Origin: Oscillospiraceae bacterium
GTDB lineage: Bacteria; Bacillota; Clostridia; Oscillospirales; Oscillospiraceae
Assembly: GCA_017439805.1 (NCBI GenBank)
Contig: JAFSIK010000035.1
Coordinates: 43,767-75,766, forward strand
Direction of reading: 5' to 3'
Length of the DNA stretch: 32,000 nucleotides
In this document: one piece after another, positions 26,540 through 32,000 of the stretch
Layout of the letters: every line of letters starts with the position of its first letter
Numbering within the stretch: the first letter of the stretch is position 1
The notes under the pieces: model-generated
Seen by the model: the letters and a program-made list of their open reading frames with translations, nothing else
The model's database searches: none
What the model was told of the DNA's origin: nothing
Program-made: the position numbers and the translations under genes

Positions 26540-27256
26540 GTGCTTGGAACAATCGTAAACACCATCGCCGTTGCTGTCGGCGGCCTTGTGGGCCTGCTGT
26601 TTAAAAATAAAATAAACCAGCGCTACGCAAACATCGTTATGAAGGGCATCGGCCTTTGCATTTTCGCCATCGGCATCACCAGCATAATCAAAACCCAGAT
26701 GCTTCTGGTAATGGTGCTGAGTATGGTCATCGGCTCCCTCATCGGTGAGGCTGTGAATATCCACCGGGGCATTGAAAAACTGGCTGTCAGCCTGAACAAA
26801 ATCTTCAAAACCGGCAGCGAGGGCGCCAGCCGCTTTGCCGAGGGATTTATGGGCGCTGCCCTGCTTTTCTGCATCGGCTCCATGACCATTATGGGCTGCC
26901 TTGAGTCCGGCATAAACCACGACCACACCATCCTCTTTTCCAAAAGCCTCATAGACCTTGTCTCCGCCATCACTCTGGCGGCGGCAATGGGCATCGGCGT
27001 ACCCTTCGCGGCGCTTTTCGTGCTGGTGTTTCAGGGGGCGCTGACGCTGCTGGCAGGGCTTCTGCAGGGGGTGCTCAGCCCCACCGTTGTCACCGAGATG
27101 TCCGCCGTTGGCGGCCTGCTGCTGGTGGCTCTGGGACTTAATCTGGTGGACATCACCGAGCGCAAATTCACCGTGGCAAACTTCCTGCCCGCGGTTTTCA
27201 TGCCCATCTGGATCGTGCCCCTGGCAAACAAGCTTGGCGCGGTGCTTCCTTTTTAG
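26540..27256 (+). CDS. DUF554 family membrane protein
   Basis: GTG at 26540 with TGGAGG 7 nt upstream. N-terminus MLGTIVNTIAVAVGGLVG and the GSMTIMG pattern are typical of DUF554. The protein is polytopic. Confidence 0.85.
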   Translation: MLGTIVNTIAVAVGGLVGLLFKNKINQRYANIVMKGIGLCIFAIGITSIIKTQMLLVMVLSMVIGSLIGEAVNIHRGIEKLAVSLNKIFKTGSEGASRFAEGFMGAALLFCIGSMTIMGCLESGINHDHTILFSKSLIDLVSAITLAAAMGIGVPFAALFVLVFQGALTLLAGLLQGVLSPTVVTEMSAVGGLLLVALGLNLVDITERKFTVANFLPAVFMPIWIVPLANKLGAVLPF

Positions 27257-27293
27257 CGCACAATTAAATTAAATATACAAGAGGAGAAGGATC

Positions 27294-28715
27294 ATGAAAA
27301 AGACGTCAGGAATCAAAACAGCAATCATGAGCTTCCAGCATATGTTCGCAATGCTGGGCGCAACCATGCTGGTACCTGTTCTGGCAGGTATGAGCATCTC
27401 CATCGCCCTGCTGGCAGCGGGAATCGGTACCATCATCTTCTACTTCTGCGCAAAGCGTAAGGTTCCCGTATTCCTGGGTTCCTCCTTCGCTTTCCTGCCT
27501 GCCCTGTGCACCGTTGTGGGCAGCGGCGCCTACGCCATCGGCAGCGGCGAATGGAATCAGCGAATGGCCGCCACCATGATAGCTCTGGTGCTGGCGGGCG
27601 TGGTTTACATAATTCTTGCCATCATAATTAAAGTCGTGGGCGTCAAGCGCGTGAAAACTCTCTTCCCCCCCATCGTTGTGGGCCCTGTCGTTATCATCAT
27701 CGGCATGATCCTTGCTCCCAAAATGTTCTGGAACAACATCATCGGCCAGTATGTCTGGGGTTACGGCCTTGCCTGGCAGGAGTGGACCGCCGCCGGCGTC
27801 ACCGCTCTGACCATCATTCTGGTAAACGCCCTTGCAAAGCCCAAGAGCTTCCTTAAAGTCATCCCCATTCTTATCGGCTTTATCGTGGGCTACATTTACA
27901 GCGCCATCATCGGTCTGGTTAACATAAACTTCTCCGGTGATATTCTCATCTTCCAGCAGTCCAAAGAGCTGTGGGGCTTCTGGGGCGCCACCGGCCTGGG
28001 CAGCCTTGACAAGGGTCTGGTTGTTTCCGCCATACTTATGATAGTTCCTCTGGCCATCGTCACCTTCATGGAGCACCTGGGCGACATTTCCGCCAACTCC
28101 ACCGTCTGCAATCAGGACTTCATGGTTGACCCCGGCCTGCACCGCACCGTTCTGGGCGACGGCCTTGCCACCATCGCCAGCGCCCTGCTGGGCGGCCCCG
28201 CCAACACCACCTACGGTGAAAACACCGCCGTTCTGGCCATCACCAAAAACTATAACCCCAGAAATATTTTCTACGCCGCCATCATCGCGGTGGTTCTGGG
28301 TCTGTTCGTACCCTTCGGCGAGATACTTTATTCCATTCCCTCTTCCGTTGTAGGCGGCGCGTCCATCGTGCTGTTCGGCATGATTTCCGCCTCCGGCCTG
28401 CGCAGTCTGGTAGACGGCAAGGTTGATTTCAGCGACAGCAAAAATCTCATCGTTGTATCCGTCACTCTGGCCATCGGCCTTGGCCTTGGCGCCATGAGCC
28501 TTGCCGGCGACATCGTGGGAAGCTTCGCAGCAGACTTCAATCCCGCCATTCTGAAGATCATGATTGGCCAGGTAGAGCTTTCTCCCCTTGCCATCGCCAC
28601 TGTTGTAGCCATCGTGCTTAATCTTGTCATCCCCAACAGCAAGCCCGACAAGGGCGAGCCCGACGCCGCTCATCAGAATCTGACCGCCGCCCCCGCCGCG
28701 GACATCGAGGAATAA
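27294..28715 (+). CDS. NCS2-family nucleobase (uracil/xanthine) permease
   Basis: GAGGAGAAGG upstream. 473 aa. N-terminal FQHMFAMLGATMLVP and a later GENTAVLAITK motif are characteristic of uracil/xanthine permeases. Confidence 0.9.
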   Translation: MKKTSGIKTAIMSFQHMFAMLGATMLVPVLAGMSISIALLAAGIGTIIFYFCAKRKVPVFLGSSFAFLPALCTVVGSGAYAIGSGEWNQRMAATMIALVLAGVVYIILAIIIKVVGVKRVKTLFPPIVVGPVVIIIGMILAPKMFWNNIIGQYVWGYGLAWQEWTAAGVTALTIILVNALAKPKSFLKVIPILIGFIVGYIYSAIIGLVNINFSGDILIFQQSKELWGFWGATGLGSLDKGLVVSAILMIVPLAIVTFMEHLGDISANSTVCNQDFMVDPGLHRTVLGDGLATIASALLGGPANTTYGENTAVLAITKNYNPRNIFYAAIIAVVLGLFVPFGEILYSIPSSVVGGASIVLFGMISASGLRSLVDGKVDFSDSKNLIVVSVTLAIGLGLGAMSLAGDIVGSFAADFNPAILKIMIGQVELSPLAIATVVAIVLNLVIPNSKPDKGEPDAAHQNLTAAPAADIEE

Positions 28716-28725
28716 TCCGAATAAT

Positions 28726-28761
28726 AAAAACCTCCCCAAGGCGGCCTTGGGGAGGTTTTTT
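28726..28761. terminator. bidirectional intrinsic terminator
   Basis: AAA-AACCTCCCCAAGG-cgg-CCTTGGGGAGGTT-TTTT has a 13-bp perfect stem. It lies between the permease (+) and the XRE gene (-). Confidence 0.8.
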
Positions 28762-29011
28762 ATTTCTTTTTGGGGTAGGGTCTGGGGTCGTCGGTAAGAC
28801 CCACAAGGTAGTCCACGCTGGTGTTGTAAAATTCCGCCAGACGAATCAGCGCGTCCACGGGAAAATTTATTATTCCAAGCTCATATTGGGAATATGTGTT
28901 CTGGCTTATATTCAATATTTCTGCCACTTCACGCTGTTTCAGGTCTCTGTCAATGCGCAGACTTCTTATGTGTTCAAACTTTAACGGGTCTAATCTCAAT
29001 CTAATCACCAA
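28760..29011 (-). CDS. XRE-family helix-turn-helix transcriptional regulator
   Basis: HTH_3 pattern LKQREVAEILNISQNTYSQYELG. The gene is much more AT-rich than its neighbours. There is no ATG, so the start is uncertain (TTG 29011, GTG 29008 or TTG 28999). Confidence 0.8.
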   Translation of the reverse strand: MVIRLRLDPLKFEHIRSLRIDRDLKQREVAEILNISQNTYSQYELGIINFPVDALIRLAEFYNTSVDYLVGLTDDPRPYPKKK

Positions 29012-29017
29012 ATATAG

Positions 29018-29067
29018 TGTAAATATCTTTAATCAAGATATTTACATATATCTGTAATACAGATATA
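29018..29067. promoter_or_regulatory. two adjacent palindromic operators, both ATATCT-N7-AGATAT
   Basis: O1 is TGTAAATATCTT-taatc-AAGATATTTACA (29018-29046). O2 is TATATCTGTA-a-TACAGATATA (29047-29067). The centres are 25 bp apart. Both lie in the divergent XRE / 93-aa ORF intergenic region. Confidence 0.45.
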
Positions 29068-29069
29068 AT
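29041..29069 (+). promoter_or_regulatory. sigma-A type promoter for the 93-aa ORF
   Basis: TTTACA (29041-29046), a 17-nt spacer and TATAAT (29064-29069). The spacer and -10 are covered by operator O2. Confidence 0.5.
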
Positions 29070-29090
29070 ATACCCAAGAGGTGATTATTT

Positions 29091-29372
29091 ATGTACCTGT
29101 CCGCAAAAATTCTGGCTCACGCGCTGACCGAAATGGTGTTGGAGCAGTCCGTGCCGGAGCTTGCCGCCGCCGCGGCGGAACTGGCAAAATCCCGCCAAAC
29201 CCAGGCGCTGAAAGAAATCCGGGACATCGTTGAGGACGGAAGCATCCCCGACAGTACCCGCATTGTCGCCATATTCAAAATTCTTGACGGTCTGGACATT
29301 CCGCGCACCTCCGCGCCCAAATTAAACCTTGAGGGCGTAACGCCGGCTGACCCGTCCTTTCCCGACCTTTAA
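29091..29372 (+). CDS. hypothetical protein (93 aa)
   Basis: ATG with AGAGGTGA upstream. It has its own promoter and terminator. I do not recognise a family. Confidence 0.5.
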   Translation: MYLSAKILAHALTEMVLEQSVPELAAAAAELAKSRQTQALKEIRDIVEDGSIPDSTRIVAIFKILDGLDIPRTSAPKLNLEGVTPADPSFPDL

Positions 29373-29378
29373 ACGATA

Positions 29379-29408
29379 CAAAACCTCCCCAAAAGGGGAG
29401 GTTTTTTT
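29379..29408. terminator. bidirectional intrinsic terminator
   Basis: AAAACCTCCCC-aaaa-GGGGAGGTTTTTTT. It lies between the 93-aa ORF (+) and rnhA (-). The arms are the same as in the terminator at 28726-28761. Confidence 0.8.
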
Positions 29409-29841
29409 ACAGATATTTGCGGCTTTCCGCCACGGCAAGGGCGTCACAGCGGTTGTTGAATTCATTGTCCGCGTGACCCTTTATCCATTTTATCTGAACA
29501 TCGTGGATTTTCAAAAGGTCCAGAAGGCGCTCCCACAGGTCCGGATTTTTCGCCGGGCCGTCTTTCTTTTTCCAGCCGTTTTTGCGCCACTTTTCCGCCC
29601 AGCCAAGGTTCACCGCGTCGCAGAGATACTTGCTGTCGCTGGTGAGGGTGACCCGGCAGGGCTCCTTCAGCGCGGCGAGAGCCTGTATGGCGGCGGTGAG
29701 CTCCATGCGGTTGTTGGTGGTGTCGGCTTCGCCGCCGGAAAGCTCCTTTTCAAGGCCGTTCCAGCGCAGGATCGCCGCCCAGCCCCCCGGCCCCGGATTG
29801 CCGGAGCAGGCGCCGTCGGTGTAAATTTCAACGTATTTCAT
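29407..29841 (-). CDS. rnhA: ribonuclease HI
   Basis: [22 protein letters not shown], the TNNRMEL motif and a [18 protein letters not shown] motif. GGAGG upstream. Confidence 0.95.
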   Translation of the reverse strand: MKYVEIYTDGACSGNPGPGGWAAILRWNGLEKELSGGEADTTNNRMELTAAIQALAALKEPCRVTLTSDSKYLCDAVNLGWAEKWRKNGWKKKDGPAKNPDLWERLLDLLKIHDVQIKWIKGHADNEFNNRCDALAVAESRKYL

Positions 29842-29969
29842 AAAACCTCCGTGGGCGGCGCCTGTTTGTCATCCCCCGCCGGTTGCCCCGAAAGGGGCGA
29901 GGCGGTGGGGACATTCACCCGCAAAGCCTTTGGGGCTTTGCCGTCGGTGTATATTTCAACGTATTTCAT
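29838..29969 (-). other. upstream ORF created by duplication of the rnhA start (43 codons, ends in an ATGA overlap with rnhA)
   Basis: The ATG at 29969 has the same RBS and the same first 10 codons ([10 protein letters not shown]) as rnhA. It then reads through a repeat-derived insert. The TGA stop overlaps the rnhA ATG at 29841. Confidence 0.3.
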
Positions 29970-29988
29970 AAAACCTCCGTTGGGGTAC

Positions 29989-30138
29989 GGCTTCTCCTTG
30001 AGGAAATGCTGTCGCCCCAGGTGGGTGATGAGGTGAATGGCTTCTCCTTGAGGAAATACTGTCGCCCCAGGCGGGTGATGAGGTGAATGGCTTCTCCTTG
30101 AGGATAGGCTCCCGCCGAAGGCGGGTGATGAGGTGAAA
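29989..30138 (+). repeat. three tandem 50-bp REP-like units (family A)
   Basis: Units are 29989-30038, 30039-30088 and 30089-30138. Units 1 and 2 differ at about 3 positions. Unit 3 has a divergent centre carrying CCCGCC-gaag-GGCGGG. Confidence 0.85.
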
Positions 30139-30190
30139 TTCAAATCTCCTCCGGCGCTTCGTGCAGCCTTACCCTCAAGGTGAATGCCTG
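30139..30190 (-). repeat. inverted family A unit abutting the tandem array
   Basis: The reverse complement CATTCACCTTGAGGGTAAGGCTGCACGAAGCGCCGGAGGAGATTTGAAT aligns with the recO-proximal copy at 9921-9970. Confidence 0.5.
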
Positions 30191-30194
30191 ATTA

Positions 30195-32000
30195 TTACTG
30201 TGCAGTTTCGGGGGCGGTTTCGGCGGGAGCTTCAATTTCCCCGCCGTCCTCCTCGGCCTCCTGATGCTCCGCCAGGGCCGCGGCGATAACTCTCACGCCC
30301 TCGGCAAGGCGCATCACGCGCACGCCCTGCGCCGCGCGGCCGTAAGTGTTCACGGCGTCAACGCTCATGCGAATCATGGTGCCGTCGTCGGAAATGAGCA
30401 GTACGTCCTCGCCGCCCTGTACCAGCTTAACGTCGGCAACAAGGCCGGTTTTGTCCGTAAGACGGCCGTTTTTCATGCCCTTGCCGCCGCGGTGCTGAGG
30501 CTCGCCGCCGTCGCCGCGCATATATTCGGCAACGCTGGTGCGCTTGCCAAAGCCCTTTTCGGTGACGGTCAGCAGGTCACAGCCCTCGCAGGCCACAGCC
30601 GCGCCGATGACGTAGTCATCACCCTTGAGGGTGATGCCCTTGACGCCGGCGGCGTCGCGGCCCATTACGCGGACCTCGCTTTCACGGAAGCAGATGGCCT
30701 GACCGCCCCGGGTGGCAAGGAGGATATTCTGCTCGCCGTCGGTCTGGAGGACGGAGATAAGTTCGTCGCCCTCGCCCAGGGACAGGGCCCGGATGCCGGA
30801 CTTTCTGGCGGTGAAGAGCACGGAAAACTGCAGGCGTTTTACAACGGCCTGACGGGTAATCATCATCAGGTAGGCGTCCTGGGAAAATTCCCGGGCGTTT
30901 ATAACGGCGGTGACCTTTTCACCCGGCTCAAGAGGCAGGATGTTTACGATATTCATGCCTCTGGCGGTGCGTCCCGCCTCGGGGATGTGGTAGCCCTTCT
31001 TGCGGTGGCACTTGCCGATGTTGGTGAAGAACACCAGATAATCGTGGGTGGAGCCGGTGAGGATGGTTTCAACATAGTCCTCCTCACGCAGACTCTGGGC
31101 GCTGACGCCCTTGCCGCCGCGATGCTGGGCGCGGTAGGTGTCGGCGGGGACGCGCTTGATGTAGCCGGCGTGGGTGAGGGTGTAGACGCAGTCCTCCTCG
31201 GCGATAAGGTCCTCAAGGTCAATCTCGTCCTCAACGTCCTGGATTTCGGTCTTGCGGTCGTCGCCGTACTTGTCCCGCAGGGCGATGAGTTCTTCCTTGA
31301 GCACCCCGCGGAGCATCTCCTCAGAGGCCAGAAGCGCCTGGAAATAGGCGATTTTTCGCTCAAGCTCCGCGTATTCGTTCTGGAGCTTTTCACGGTCGAG
31401 ACCCTGCAGAGCCTTCAGACGCATATCCAGAATGGCCTGTGCCTGCACCTCGTCCAGACCGAAGCGCTCCATCAGAGCTTCCCTGGCGTCGTCGTAGCGG
31501 CTGCGGATGATGCGGATGACCTCGTCGATGTTGTCCTGGGCGATGATGAGACCCTCAAGCAGGTGAGCGCGCTCCTGTGCCTTGCGCAGGTCGTACTGCG
31601 TACGGCGGACAATGACCTGCCGCTGGAAGGCGATGTATTCGTCCAGAATTTCACGCAGGGAGAGTATTTTCGGCTGGGACTGGTCGTTTATCAGAGCCAG
31701 CATGATGATGGAGAAATTGGACTGCATGGCGGTCTGGGTAAAGAGCTTGTTGAGCACCACCTGGGCGTTTGCGTCCTTTTTCAGTTCGATAACGATGCGC
31801 ATACCGTTGCGGTCGGTTTCGTCGCGCAGGTCGGAGATGCCCTCAAGGCGCTTGTCCTTGACCTGCTCGGCGATGTTTTTGATGAGCTGGCGCTTGTTTA
31901 CCTGATAGGGCAGTTCGGACACGATGATGCGCACCCTGTCCTTGCCGAACTCCTCAAAATCGGTGCGGGCGCGGACGGTTACCTTGCCGCGGCCCGTGGC
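30195..32000 (-). CDS. gyrA: DNA gyrase subunit A, C-terminal ~600 codons (5' end beyond the right edge)
   Basis: The frame is open to position 32000; the ORF-track start at 31934 is an internal GTG. It has the GyrA tower/coiled-coil region, beta-pinwheel repeats (GGKG boxes) and an acidic tail. Confidence 0.95.
   Translation of the reverse strand, partial: ATGRGKVTVRARTDFEEFGKDRVRIIVSELPYQVNKRQLIKNIAEQVKDKRLEGISDLRDETDRNGMRIVIELKKDANAQVVLNKLFTQTAMQSNFSIIMLALINDQSQPKILSLREILDEYIAFQRQVIVRRTQYDLRKAQERAHLLEGLIIAQDNIDEVIRIIRSRYDDAREALMERFGLDEVQAQAILDMRLKALQGLDREKLQNEYAELERKIAYFQALLASEEMLRGVLKEELIALRDKYGDDRKTEIQDVEDEIDLEDLIAEEDCVYTLTHAGYIKRVPADTYRAQHRGGKGVSAQSLREEDYVETILTGSTHDYLVFFTNIGKCHRKKGYHIPEAGRTARGMNIVNILPLEPGEKVTAVINAREFSQDAYLMMITRQAVVKRLQFSVLFTARKSGIRALSLGEGDELISVLQTDGEQNILLATRGGQAICFRESEVRVMGRDAAGVKGITLKGDDYVIGAAVACEGCDLLTVTEKGFGKRTSVAEYMRGDGGEPQHRGGKGMKNGRLTDKTGLVADVKLVQGGEDVLLISDDGTMIRMSVDAVNTYGRAAQGVRVMRLAEGVRVIAAALAEHQEAEEDGGEIEAPAETAPETAQ

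Noticed and set aside
27306-28739. 477-aa ORF antisense to the nucleobase permease
   Set aside because: It is Gly/Asp/Ala-rich with no hydrophobic or catalytic pattern, while the plus-strand frame encodes a textbook NCS2 transporter with a strong RBS.
29989-30138. CRISPR array
   Set aside because: The 50-bp units are directly adjacent with no unique spacers. There are only three copies, no cas genes are present, and the unit recurs singly elsewhere (9921-9970).
1-32000. A multi-gene defence, prophage or secondary-metabolite system
   Set aside because: Every large ORF has a confident housekeeping, sporulation, transport or cell-envelope assignment. There are no nucleases, ATPases or reverse transcriptases of unknown context, and no integrase, transposase or phage structural genes.

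Overview
This window looks like a core chromosomal segment of a roughly 60 % GC, spore-forming member of the Clostridia (Oscillospiraceae/Ruminococcaceae-like by sequence flavour; taxon not verifiable here). Most of it is syntenic housekeeping. The plus strand carries dusB, an ECF sigma / anti-sigma pair, the conserved yqfC-yqfD-phoH-ybeY-era-recO block, mutS2, ptsH (HPr) and addB-addA. A minus-strand run follows: a FAD-dependent protein, DUF2461, wecB, a membrane protein and a methyltransferase. After that come a DUF554 protein, an NCS2 uracil/xanthine permease, rnhA and the 3' two-thirds of gyrA. ylbJ and an SLH-domain protein lie on the minus strand upstream of yqfC. I found no rRNA, tRNA, CRISPR array, transposase, integrase or recognisable defence system. 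The unusual material is almost all non-coding. (1) A family of long, GC-rich, hairpin-dense elements occurs in three copies in the two ~0.7 kb gaps that bracket mutS2-ptsH, and its stems carry compensatory changes. (2) A ~50-nt REP-like unit occurs once after recO and as a cluster (3 tandem plus 1-2 inverted) between gyrA and rnhA. (3) The rnhA translation start is duplicated over 41 bp, which creates an upstream ORF ending in an ATGA overlap with the real start. (4) A 44-aa hydrophobic, Arg-rich ORF has its Shine-Dalgarno (SD) locked in a 16-bp hairpin, with a possible convergent antisense promoter and terminator; this is a candidate type I toxin-antitoxin. (5) An AT-rich XRE cassette with two identical-architecture operators is bracketed by two copies of the same terminator. 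(6) A ~310 bp inverted-repeat-bounded element sits between convergent genes. (7) There is a probable leaderless mRNA and a palindromic divergent sporulation promoter region. All coordinates and similarities were derived by eye from the sequence and the ORF track. No database search or folding calculation was run.
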